From a virus: a stretch of DNA of 64,000 nucleotides. Shown piece by piece: positions 1 to 10,200 of this stretch. A model generated the notes under the pieces. That model searched no databases. It had not been told where the DNA came from and saw nothing but the letters and a program-made list of their open reading frames with translations. The stretch lies in the IMG/VR virus record IMGVR_UViG_3300009085_000002, positions 24,966-88,965 of that record; one strand, 5' to 3'. Position 1 is the stretch's first letter. Every line of letters begins with the position of its first letter. The translations under genes were made by a program, and so were the position numbers.

Positions 1-55
1 ATTAGCCACTCTAATAGAGTCTTTTAGAATATTTTATGAGAAAAATCCAAAGAAA

Positions 56-340
56 ATGATTGAAAATAGGGAGTACCAAAAAGTACTTCCTTATATGTTA
101 TTATTATTAGAACAAATTAAGCCTATCTTAGAAGCTATACAAACAATATTTAATACATTTTTATTTACAGCTTCTTTAGTTGTTGTAGATGGATATATTT
201 ATTTTTGTGTTGATTCTAGTTTAAACATTAATTTAGTAGGAACTATTAGAATGGGAGAATCTGATGATGGTTTCTTTGTAATTGATAGGTTAACAATTGC
301 TAGTGATCCTCCTGTATGGGATAATTTATTTAAAAGTTAA
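56..340 (+). CDS. hypothetical protein, late/virion region
   Basis: 94-aa ORF co-oriented with the downstream virion genes; no recognisable motif. Confidence 0.55.
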   Translation: MIENREYQKVLPYMLLLLEQIKPILEAIQTIFNTFLFTASLVVVDGYIYFCVDSSLNINLVGTIRMGESDDGFFVIDRLTIASDPPVWDNLFKS

Positions 341-350
341 AAATATAAGT

Positions 351-3300
351 ATGAAAAAAAAGATATTATTATGTTTAATGCTATTAGGTTCTTTATTATG
401 TCATGGTCAATTTGATACTTCTTTTTTTTATAAGAATGTAAAAATACAAAATAAGGACTTAGTAGTTGATACAGTTAAACTTAGATATGGAATATTATTT
501 AGTAATGGAAGTTATCAGAGTATAGCTTTTGCTTCTAGTAATTATTATACAAAGTTACAAATAAATGATACTTTATTAGATTATTTAAGAAGTAATAATG
601 ATACAGCTACAAATTTAAGCATATCTGATTCACTTCTTAAATTCAATATGGGTAATAACTCTATATTATTTTTTGATGATACAGGAAATGTATATATAGG
701 TAATTATCCTACAGTTCCAACACCTTCAGGTACCAGGAATGTTTTTATTGGATATCGTACTGGTTGGAAAGTTACAACTGGTTATGGTAATATAGGTATT
801 GGATATCTATCATTAGATTCAGTAACTACTGGCAATAAAATTGTATCAATAGGTGACTACTCAGGAACTAGAATTAAAACAGGTAATTCAAGTTTATTTA
901 TTGGATCTTTTTCAGGTCAAAATACACAAACTACATCTGGACAGACTAATACGTTTGTAGGATATGGTTCTGGAACTCAAAATACAACAGGTTATGAAAA
1001 TGCTTATTATGGTTCATTCTCTGGTAATCAAAATATAACTGGAATAAGAAATACTGCTTTAGGTGAATATAATTATTATGGAGATTCAGCTAATGCAGGT
1101 AGTTATAATGTCTATGTGGGTTATGGGGTTGCAAGACAAAATAGAGGGAACTTAAATATAATGCTAGGTGCATATTCTGGTTATGCTAATGTGGCTAATC
1201 AATATACAGGAGATACAAATATTTATTTAGGACCATACTCAGGTTATGGATCTTATGGTGATAAAAATATTTATTTAGGCCCATATGCTGGTTATAATCA
1301 AACATCAGAAGATAATCTTCTCTTGATTGGCAATCAAAACTATGGATCTAAAGCCAACGAGTATACAAATTCTCTATTATACGGTAATTTTAGTACAAAA
1401 CGATTATATATAAACAATTGGGTAAGTACTGATACTATAGAAAACACAGACTCATTAACAATAAAGGCAAGTTCAAATGTTTTTAAATTTAAAAATGATG
1501 GGTTTCATGTTGGTACTAATGCAGATGGTTCTATATATACAGGTAGTTTAACTTTTGGAAATGGTGCAAATATAGCAGATTCTTATAATACAATACAATT
1601 AGAAGATGATACTTTATTAATACGAAATACTGCAAATGATAGCATTACATTAATACCAGGCGATACAGCTAAAATAGTATCAAATCATGATGATATATAT
1701 ATTAAAGAATTAACAACAGATTCAATTCATAATTTTAAAACTGATAGAATAGTTATTCCAGATCAGACATTATATAAAGGAACTCAATATTGGGGTAATA
1801 ACTTAGGAGGTCGTTATTTAACTACTATAGGTGGTAATAATGTACCAGGGTGGGGAAACATAAGTGTAGGTGATAGTGCTGGAATGAATATTACTAACGG
1901 ACACTATAATACATTTTTAGGCTTTAAGGCAGGATATGCAGCAACGCAGGCAATGGCAAATACTTGTATAGGTTATAGATCAGGGGAAAAAATAATTGGG
2001 AACGATACTATTTTTTATAACAGTGGAGTTGGATATGCCAATACTTTCGTAGGCAGTCAGGCAGGACGTGACTGTGATACAGGAGGTTATAATACAGGTG
2101 TTGGTGTTGATGTACTACATAATTTAACCGGAGGCAAAAATAATTGTGCATTTGGGGTGCATGCTGGAAACAATACTACAGTAGGCATGTACAATTGTTA
2201 TTTTGGATTTAGTTCTGGTTATAATAATACGACAGGGAGTTACAACGTAGCAATAGGATTAAATGCATTAACAGGAGGTGTTACTGTTAGTAATGCCGTA
2301 GGTATAGGACTGAATGCAGGAGCAGCTAACTTGGTAGATGGCAATATATTTATTGGTGGGCAGTCAGGTATAGCTAACACAACAGGTGCTGCTAACCAAT
2401 ATTTAGGATATTATGCAGGACGTTATAATCAATCAGGTGAAAATAACACTTTCTTTGGTAATTACGCAGGATATAATATGAATGGTGGTGGATACAATGT
2501 ATTCATTGGCCACCAAGCCGGATATGGATCAACAGGTATTACTACACGTTATTACAACACAATGATAGGTTGTCAGGTAGCTACTGCCAACCAGGGGAAC
2601 GCCAATACAATTATAGGATATCAGGCGCAGAAAACAGCCACAAATGCAGGATCATGCACGATGATAGGGTATAAAGCCGGATATTATGAAACTGGTAATT
2701 ATAAACTATATATAGCTAATTCAGACGATAGAACCCCTTTGATATATGGTGAGTTTGACAATAATAAAATAAATGTTAATGGTTCATTCGCTATCACAAC
2801 TGAAAGCAATATGGGTTTAACTGATTCATGTGAAAAAACAACATTCAGTTCAGGAAATCCAGTACATACAATGATGGCTACAGACGGAGATGATTGGAGT
2901 TATACTATTAATACATCCGATCAGGCATTATTTCAAAATGCTGGTGGAGGGTATGTGTTTGATAATGATTTAAGTTATGAATTGAGACATGCATATATGG
3001 ATTTTCAAGATAGCTCAGAAGTTGTTAATGTATCTCAAAACGTATATAGTTACATTACAAATGATAATAAAACATTGTTTACAACAATAGAGGCTTCAAA
3101 TATTACAGAATCTGGTGATACATTGACAATAATAACACCTGGTGATTATATTATAATGTTTTCATTTGAAGTTGAAAACTCATCGGTGGGTGATAGATAT
3201 AGAATTGGTATTTTTAAAAACAACATAAAAGTTTTTTCTATAGGACAAAAATTCCCATCTGCCTCAGATACTAAAATAATATCAGGGTTTTATTATTTTG

Positions 3301-3410
3301 AGAATTTAGTAGCTGGGGATGATATTAGTTTTAGAGTTACAAATACAGTAGATAATGATGATCCTACATTTGTTACAGGTACTGTTTATTTTAGAAAAGA
3401 ACATAATTAA
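351..3410 (+). CDS. tail fibre/adhesin-like protein with Gly/Asn-rich beta-roll repeats and C-terminal C1q/TNF-like domain; N-terminal signal-peptide-like segment
   Basis: ATG at 351 (in frame with the 297 ORF) gives MKKKILLCLMLLGSLLCHG-Q; many ~14-aa NxFxGxxAG repeats in two blocks; C-terminal TLTIITPGDYIIMFSF...LVAGDDISFRV resembles C1q/BclA-type heads. Confidence 0.7.
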   Translation: MKKKILLCLMLLGSLLCHGQFDTSFFYKNVKIQNKDLVVDTVKLRYGILFSNGSYQSIAFASSNYYTKLQINDTLLDYLRSNNDTATNLSISDSLLKFNMGNNSILFFDDTGNVYIGNYPTVPTPSGTRNVFIGYRTGWKVTTGYGNIGIGYLSLDSVTTGNKIVSIGDYSGTRIKTGNSSLFIGSFSGQNTQTTSGQTNTFVGYGSGTQNTTGYENAYYGSFSGNQNITGIRNTALGEYNYYGDSANAGSYNVYVGYGVARQNRGNLNIMLGAYSGYANVANQYTGDTNIYLGPYSGYGSYGDKNIYLGPYAGYNQTSEDNLLLIGNQNYGSKANEYTNSLLYGNFSTKRLYINNWVSTDTIENTDSLTIKASSNVFKFKNDGFHVGTNADGSIYTGSLTFGNGANIADSYNTIQLEDDTLLIRNTANDSITLIPGDTAKIVSNHDDIYIKELTTDSIHNFKTDRIVIPDQTLYKGTQYWGNNLGGRYLTTIGGNNVPGWGNISVGDSAGMNITNGHYNTFLGFKAGYAATQAMANTCIGYRSGEKIIGNDTIFYNSGVGYANTFVGSQAGRDCDTGGYNTGVGVDVLHNLTGGKNNCAFGVHAGNNTTVGMYNCYFGFSSGYNNTTGSYNVAIGLNALTGGVTVSNAVGIGLNAGAANLVDGNIFIGGQSGIANTTGAANQYLGYYAGRYNQSGENNTFFGNYAGYNMNGGGYNVFIGHQAGYGSTGITTRYYNTMIGCQVATANQGNANTIIGYQAQKTATNAGSCTMIGYKAGYYETGNYKLYIANSDDRTPLIYGEFDNNKINVNGSFAITTESNMGLTDSCEKTTFSSGNPVHTMMATDGDDWSYTINTSDQALFQNAGGGYVFDNDLSYELRHAYMDFQDSSEVVNVSQNVYSYITNDNKTLFTTIEASNITESGDTLTIITPGDYIIMFSFEVENSSVGDRYRIGIFKNNIKVFSIGQKFPSASDTKIISGFYYFENLVAGDDISFRVTNTVDNDDPTFVTGTVYFRKEHN

Positions 3411-3431
3411 TACTCACTAAAAATAAATTAT

Positions 3432-3677
3432 ATGGCAAAAATAGGATTTTTTCAAGAAGATGTAGGAATAAATTCTTCAACAAGATTAATTTTTATAATA
3501 GGCTCTATTATTAACTTATCTGTTTTAGTAGGAATGGTTTTTAAATTAAAAGTAGATCCCATAGTAGCTGCAACTTTCTTTGGAATGGTTGAAAGTGTAT
3601 TATGTGGTTTAAAATTAATACAAAATCATCAAGAATTAAAATCAACTAATAAACCTAATAAAGAGGAGGAGGATTAA
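3432..3677 (+). CDS. putative holin-like small membrane protein
   Basis: 81 aa, two hydrophobic helices after SSTRL, charged C-terminal tail, located in a membrane-protein cluster. Confidence 0.5.
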   Translation: MAKIGFFQEDVGINSSTRLIFIIGSIINLSVLVGMVFKLKVDPIVAATFFGMVESVLCGLKLIQNHQELKSTNKPNKEEED

Positions 3678-3817
3678 TGTATACTTTTATGTTTATAAGT
3701 GGAGGAGATATGTGTACTGAAAATATATTTGCATCTTCAGCTACTGAAGCATGGAAAATATTTGAAGCATCACATCCTGGAATTCATCCTATTAGTGGTC
3801 CTAAAAAGGAAACCTAA
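3677..3817 (+). CDS. small hypothetical protein (46 aa, not in ORF track)
   Basis: MYTFMFISGGDMCTENIFASSATEAWKIFEASHPGIHPISGPKKET; ATG overlaps the upstream stop (TAATG) and the stop lies 1 nt before the next ATG. Confidence 0.6.
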   Translation: MYTFMFISGGDMCTENIFASSATEAWKIFEASHPGIHPISGPKKET

Positions 3818-3818
3818 T

Positions 3819-4253
3819 ATGAGAAAATTAATAGATATATCAGTAATAATAAGTATATTTATTTCTATAATTTGGTTATTTTATTTTGAAGATCTTGTTT
3901 ATCCTAGTAATAGTAAATTTTTATTTATTCAAGATAAAATAAATTTAAACAATAATATAGAAATTGAGTGTAATAATAATATAAGAGTGGTTATGCTATT
4001 TTTATATTATTCTAAAGAATACTTACCTTACATATTATTACTGATATTCTATTACAAGTTTACAGAATTTAAATCTTTTTATTTTGGATCTATTATATTT
4101 TTTATTTCAATGTTTTTAATTTCTACATTATTGTTAATATTTGAAACTACCAACTATAAAGAATTAATAGGAGATCCTATAATAGGATATGGTTTAATTT
4201 TAATATTTATAGTTGCCTTATTTACTAGAAAACATATTATAAAAAATTTATGA
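3819..4253 (+). CDS. multi-pass membrane protein
   Basis: Likely true start MRKLIDISV at 3819 (the track start at 3699 overlaps the 46-aa ORF); about 4 hydrophobic segments. Confidence 0.55.
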   Translation: MRKLIDISVIISIFISIIWLFYFEDLVYPSNSKFLFIQDKINLNNNIEIECNNNIRVVMLFLYYSKEYLPYILLLIFYYKFTEFKSFYFGSIIFFISMFLISTLLLIFETTNYKELIGDPIIGYGLILIFIVALFTRKHIIKNL

Positions 4254-4717
4254 AAGAAAAAATTGTAACACCTAATCTATTTTTTAAATGGTTTAAAAAT
4301 AACTGGAGTACAACAATAATAATAGTAACACTAATAGTAACTGTATATGGATATATTACAAGTACTCAAGTTACTGCATATAATGTAAAAAAGTTACAAG
4401 ATAAAGAGCTTATAAAGGAAAATATAGAAGATTTAAATGATCTTATTAATGAAAAAAATTCTAGAATAAATAAGTTACAATATAGAAATATATGTAGAGA
4501 TATAAGTATTTCAAGAAAAAAGAGTAAAGAAACTATTGAAACTTTATTAGAAGAAATACGAAAAGATAGTGAGGAAATTCTTAAACTAGAACAAGAAGTA
4601 GAAAGATTGATAGAAGATAAAAAAGAAGAAAAGGACAAATTAAAGGGTATTTATTATAGAACTCTTCCTCTTAATTCTGATGAGGTGTTAGTTAATTTAA
4701 ATGAATTACAAGAATGA
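4250..4717 (+). CDS. membrane-anchored coiled-coil protein (lysis cassette candidate)
   Basis: One N-terminal TM helix then E/K-rich heptad pattern; ATGA overlaps with both neighbours. Confidence 0.5.
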   Translation: MKEKIVTPNLFFKWFKNNWSTTIIIVTLIVTVYGYITSTQVTAYNVKKLQDKELIKENIEDLNDLINEKNSRINKLQYRNICRDISISRKKSKETIETLLEEIRKDSEEILKLEQEVERLIEDKKEEKDKLKGIYYRTLPLNSDEVLVNLNELQE

Positions 4718-5289
4718 AAAGATACAATTTTGGACTAACTTTATTATTAATAATAATAAGTTTTATATTAGGTTTATATACTAGACCATATATTTTTAAA
4801 GAAAAAGTAGTTACTTTAATAGATACTATATTTATTGATACTAGTACTATAATAATTGATACAGTTCCTACATTAATTACTCAAACAGTTATAATACCAC
4901 AATATGATACTATAATAAAGATAGTTGAAGGAAAGATTAGAATTGATACTTTGGAAGTAGTTCAAGACTATATATTGGCTAGAGAATATGAAACTAAATT
5001 AGATACAAATGAAGTATCTTTAGATATAATAAGTATAGTACATTTAAATAAACTAAAAGAACAAAGATTAGCTATAAAAAATAATAGAATTACTTCTATA
5101 ATCAATAAAACAGAAATTATAGATAATAGTAAAGGTTGGTATATTGGAGGTAATATAACACAATCTATTAAAACTGAGTTTGGTATATCTTCTTTATATA
5201 AGACTAAAAAGAATGATATATTTGAGATAGGTGCGCAATTTACTAACCCTAACATAGGATTAAAATTAGGTTATTATAGAAAATTTTAA
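4714..5289 (+). CDS. membrane-anchored protein with C-terminal amphipathic beta-strands (spanin candidate)
   Basis: N-terminal TM helix, DT-rich linker, C-terminal strands ending LKLGYYRKF. Confidence 0.45.
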   Translation: MKRYNFGLTLLLIIISFILGLYTRPYIFKEKVVTLIDTIFIDTSTIIIDTVPTLITQTVIIPQYDTIIKIVEGKIRIDTLEVVQDYILAREYETKLDTNEVSLDIISIVHLNKLKEQRLAIKNNRITSIINKTEIIDNSKGWYIGGNITQSIKTEFGISSLYKTKKNDIFEIGAQFTNPNIGLKLGYYRKF

Positions 5290-5291
5290 AT

Positions 5292-6023
5292 ATGGAAAAT
5301 TTTGTAACTTTAAATAAAATTATATATAGAATATGGGAATCCTTAAGAGCTGGTATATATAATGATGATTCTTTAAATGATAGAATCATAGAGAATGATA
5401 TTGTAAATGCTAGAGGATTATTACTTAGAAATGAATTAAGTAAAAATAGAACTATTGATGTGTCTATAAGACAAAGAATATCTAATATAAAAGTAGAAGA
5501 AACATCAAATCCTAATTTATATGGGTATAATAAAATGTATCTTAAAACAAAAACAACTATTCCTAGGACTATAGAAAGATATCATAAACCTACTATAACT
5601 AGTATAACTATAGCAAATGATAGTTATAATAATATCCCTTTATTAGATTTTAATATAGTAGATTTAGTAGGAAATGGTAGATTTAATACTAATAAGGAAT
5701 TTTCATTTTTACATGATGAGTATTTGTTTATACATAATCCAACAAGAAGTACTGCATCTAGTTATATAACATATTATAAAACTACTTATACTTCTCTATC
5801 TGCATTGACTGCTGATGAAATTAATTTAGATATAGAGGGAGTATTTCAGAATCCTAAGGATGCAAATGTATTATTAACTAATGATGATGAGTATCCATTA
5901 TCTACTTGGATGGTAGATGTTATTATTGGAATGATTTTAGATAAATATTTAAAAGTAGATGTGCGTGCTCTCAAAGATACTACTAATGATAATAATCTTA
6001 AGTTAGAAGCAACAAATGGATAG
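5292..6023 (+). CDS. crAss-like tail ring/structural protein
   Basis: 243 aa; position before the IHF-like, tubular and stabilization genes follows crAss-like gene order; IEGVFQNP and YPLS..MVDVI motifs. Confidence 0.55.
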   Translation: MENFVTLNKIIYRIWESLRAGIYNDDSLNDRIIENDIVNARGLLLRNELSKNRTIDVSIRQRISNIKVEETSNPNLYGYNKMYLKTKTTIPRTIERYHKPTITSITIANDSYNNIPLLDFNIVDLVGNGRFNTNKEFSFLHDEYLFIHNPTRSTASSYITYYKTTYTSLSALTADEINLDIEGVFQNPKDANVLLTNDDEYPLSTWMVDVIIGMILDKYLKVDVRALKDTTNDNNLKLEATNG

Positions 6024-6534
6024 TGGATATAAGTACAGAACTCATGTAGGAGCAAAGGATATATATAAATATTATTGTAAGAAGACTGGTAATCCAATGA
6101 AACTTACAAGAGGTCAATTCACTAACCTTTTTAAGGAAATAATCAATCATTTTATGGATCTTATGATTCATAAAAATTTCCATTTAAAATTACCTAGAAG
6201 ACTAGGAACAGTTTGTATTATTGAATATACTATACAACTTAAAGAATATGATGGTAAATTAGTTAAAAGAGGATTAGCTCCAGATTGGTCAAAATGTCAT
6301 ATATTATGGGAAAAACTATATGGAAAAATGTCTTTAAAGGAGTGGGGTAAGATAAATAATAAACCTATAGTTTATTTTAAAACTAAAAGAAGATGTAAAT
6401 TTCTATGGGATAAAAGAATATGTAATATTTCAAATACTAGAAGATATAGTATACATCATTTAAAACACCATAAACAAGAATTAGTACATAGTATAATTGA
6501 AGATGATAATTTAAAATTTAACAATAATAATTAA
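6016..6534 (+). CDS. IHF/HU-like basic DNA-binding protein (crAss-like)
   Basis: Basic 172 aa with LKLPRRLGTVCI HU-like signature; sits next to the tail tubular gene as in crAss-like phages. Confidence 0.6.
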   Translation: MDSGYKYRTHVGAKDIYKYYCKKTGNPMKLTRGQFTNLFKEIINHFMDLMIHKNFHLKLPRRLGTVCIIEYTIQLKEYDGKLVKRGLAPDWSKCHILWEKLYGKMSLKEWGKINNKPIVYFKTKRRCKFLWDKRICNISNTRRYSIHHLKHHKQELVHSIIEDDNLKFNNNN

Positions 6535-6536
6535 TT

Positions 6537-7244
6537 ATGTTATCAGGAAAATTTGTATCATTAAAAACAATACTTGAAAAAGTATTTAGAGATTATCAGG
6601 GTACTATTAATCCTGATGATTTATATGTAGAAGAAGCTTTAGAATGGACAGGAGAAGCTTTAGGGTTATTAGGAATAAATGCAGTTTATGAGGATGTAAT
6701 AGAAGAAATAGAAGTAGAAGATTATTCTTGTGATATACCTACAGGATTAGTACAAATTAATTTTATTAGATCCGTAGATAGTTATGTTCCTATTTATAAG
6801 AGTACAGACTTAATGTATAATTCTGAGAATTCTAAGTTTTTTGGAGATAGTTATACTTATAAAGAAAATAATGGGCACTACTTGTTTAATTTTGAAGAAG
6901 ACACAGTAGAAATATCTTATAAGAAATATATAACAGACACTTATGGTCCAATGATTCCTGATGATGATACATTTAGATGTTATGTAGCTGAATTTATAGC
7001 TTGTAAAGTTGTAAAAAGATTATGGAGAATAGGAAAAATACCTGATAAGATTAGAATAGATTGTGAACAAGAATTATCTTTTTATGCAAAAAGAGCTCAT
7101 ATGAGAGGTATAACACCAGATTTAGCAAGTATGCAAAATTTTGTGAATATGTCTTTAAGACTATTACCAAATATTAATTGTTTTGATACAGCTTTTGGTA
7201 GTTTAAGAATGCAAGGACAGAGGCCAACCCCTAATGTAAGATAA
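6537..7244 (+). CDS. tail tubular / ring protein
   Basis: 235 aa immediately upstream of the stabilization protein; EEALEWTGEAL and PMIPDD motifs. Confidence 0.6.
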   Translation: MLSGKFVSLKTILEKVFRDYQGTINPDDLYVEEALEWTGEALGLLGINAVYEDVIEEIEVEDYSCDIPTGLVQINFIRSVDSYVPIYKSTDLMYNSENSKFFGDSYTYKENNGHYLFNFEEDTVEISYKKYITDTYGPMIPDDDTFRCYVAEFIACKVVKRLWRIGKIPDKIRIDCEQELSFYAKRAHMRGITPDLASMQNFVNMSLRLLPNINCFDTAFGSLRMQGQRPTPNVR

Positions 7245-7245
7245 T

Positions 7246-10200
7246 ATGAAACATAAAATAGGATTTTCCAAAGGATTAAATAAAGATATTTCTCCAGATA
7301 AATATGATAGTGAAAATTATTGGGATGCTATGAATATTCAGATTATGTCTGATACAGAGCATGGTGGGTATGCAGTTTCTCAAGAATTAGGTTTAGGAAC
7401 TTTATTTTTATTTCCTACAGGCCATGAATTGCTAGGATGGACTACAATGAGAAATTATTTAATTTGTTTTACTGGAAAGAAATCTACAGCAGACTATTTA
7501 TATATATGGCTGCTTGAATTTGAAGGTTCAATAGATAAGATAAAAAAATCTTCTACTCCTGGAGATTACATAACTTATATGGATACTTTAAGTACTTCTT
7601 ACCATTTAAAGTACTCTGCTGATCTAAATATAAACTTTAGTGATTCTAATGAATTAAAAATAGATTGTCTTGCAAAGTATATAAATTCTACTTACGGTAA
7701 AGTATATTGGACAGATTTTAATAACCCCCTAAGATCTATTAATATATTAGATCCATTAGTAGCCTCTACAGATTCAGGATTACTAGATGTTATTCCTGAT
7801 ATAGAATTAACTAATCCTAAGTATAATGTAACTTCTACAACATCTACAGAAGTACTACCTGGAGGTATTATTCCTTCTGGTATGGTTCAATATTGTTATC
7901 AACTCTTTAATAGAACTGGTGTTTATTCTGCTATATCTTCAATGACAGCACTGTTACAATTAACTTCTGTAAGTCATGCTGTTGCAGATCCTCATGATTA
8001 TATAGGAGATAGTTTAAGCACAAGTTCAAATAAAAAAATATCTATAAATATTACTAATACAGATAGTAATTATGAATATATAAGAATAATAGGTATATAT
8101 TATACAGATAGCACGAATATTCCTTCAGTAAAAGTAGTTAAAGAGGCTATAAATCCAAAGACAGGAACTTTAATTGTAGTAGATAATGGTAGTAATTATT
8201 TAGAAACACTTACTATAGAGTCCTTAATAGGATCTAGTAATTTATTTACATGTAAAACTTTAGCAGTTAAAGATAAAAGACTTTGTGCTGGTAATATAGA
8301 AGAAACTTTCTTTGAAGTAGATTATGATACTAGAACTTATAGATTTGAATATATAACTCCTTCTCCAAGATTATATGCAAGAATACAAAATGTTGATGGT
8401 ACGGAAGCAATAACAAGTGATCCTATATTATATTTGGGAGGAGCTTGGAACTATGATAGAGCTTGGTTTGATACTATAATGAACGGAGGAGAATCCATTC
8501 CAGAGGAACATGACTGTTTTATTGGTTATAATAGTTTATATGATGCTACAGCAAATAATACTAATAATCCCTTATATTTCTATAAGTGGATGTTATATGA
8601 TAATGGAGATGGTACTTGGACTAGAAGATTAGGAGGTATGGGAAAAAATATAGACTATTGGTTTACAATAGATCCTATAATAATGTTAGATAATGATGTT
8701 AATTCTGAGGAATATTTATCATCAAAAGGAAATTATAACTATGATTCTTGGTATCCTAATGCAAGTAGAGTATCAGATGCTTATGATGATTGGATTAACT
8801 ATAAATGTTATACTAATTCAGGTTGCTTTAGGGGATATCAAAGAGATGAAATATATAGATTTGGAATAGTTTTTATTAATGGAAAGGGCCAGAGATCCTA
8901 TGTATCTTGGATTGGAGATATTAAAATGCCCGCTATATGGGAAGAAGATGCAATTGAAACTATTACTGGAATATATACATTTCCTACAGCTATATGGGAT
9001 AATACTTATTCAGAATTAAAAGGATGTACACTATCAATAAATTTTAAATTATATAATATACCTATAGATCCTATTACTGGTGTAGAATATAGATATCAAA
9101 TAGTTAGAGTAATTAGAAATCAATCAGATCAATCTATACATTCTCAAGGTGTATGTAGAACTTTACAAGATGTTGGAACTGCAATGACTGAGTGGTATAT
9201 GGACTTTCCAATAAATGCTACTCCGGCAGGACAAACTTATGCTAAATATTTTACTTCTCCTGAAATATGTTTTTTAGGTAGTAATTTAAATGATCTTACA
9301 TCTTATTATTTAGATAATCAATACACCTTTTATGAAACTGGAGATACTGTCTATGGAGTAAATAATTTACAAAAAATGGGAGAAGAGACAAGTATATCTT
9401 CTCCTATTGAAGCTTATGTATATAAGGGAAGGACTTGGGATAGAATGTATAATACAGTTACTCCTGGATTTGAAAAGCCTTTGACTGAAGCTACTCATAA
9501 AGTAGAAACTATATTAGATAGTTTTATAGCAGATCAAGAAGTTGATACTTTAACTGAATCTTTATCAGGACCATCTGGAGGCTATACAATTCTTATGAAT
9601 ATTAATGAGTTTGATCCAACTAATATGTATGGAAAAGTAGCTTTTATAACAACAAATATGTTACAAAGGCATGATGATTCAATTAGTTGTGTATCTAATT
9701 TAAAAACTATTAATATAAATCAATATGGTGGGTCTACTTATATAGCAAGACAGAATAATGAATATATAATTTGTACAGGAATACTTAATGGAGAAAACTC
9801 CAGAAAACAAGTATTTGGAGGAGATATTTATATATGTTATTTCTCTTGGTTAATGGCTGTAAATAGAGGACTTTTAGGAGCTACTTATGCAAGCAATGTA
9901 CAAATTGTAGGGTTATATCCTATAGAAACTAGGTATAATTTAGATATGCAGCATGGTGATTTTTGGCCTTATTTAAAAGAAGTATATTTAAGTGGTTATG
10001 CTGGTAGTTCTTATGCTCCTACAACTCAAACCAAAGACTATTATTTATATAATTCTGTGTATTCTAGAGAAGAAGATGTTATTAAATATTATGCTAAACC
10101 TGTATTATTTGAAGAACAACAACATATAGATACTCAAATTAAAATATCAGATCAAGCAATAGGTTCTGAACTTATAGATAGTTGGTTATCTTTTCAAACA

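Noticed and set aside
700-2760. Repeats in the fibre gene as a CRISPR array or DGR template/variable repeat
   Set aside because: Repeats are degenerate protein-level motifs in frame; no identical DNA repeats with spacers, and no reverse transcriptase in the window
3699-3818. N-terminal 40 codons of the 184-aa track ORF
   Set aside because: Better explained by a coupled 46-aa gene in another frame (3677-3817) and an ATG start at 3819
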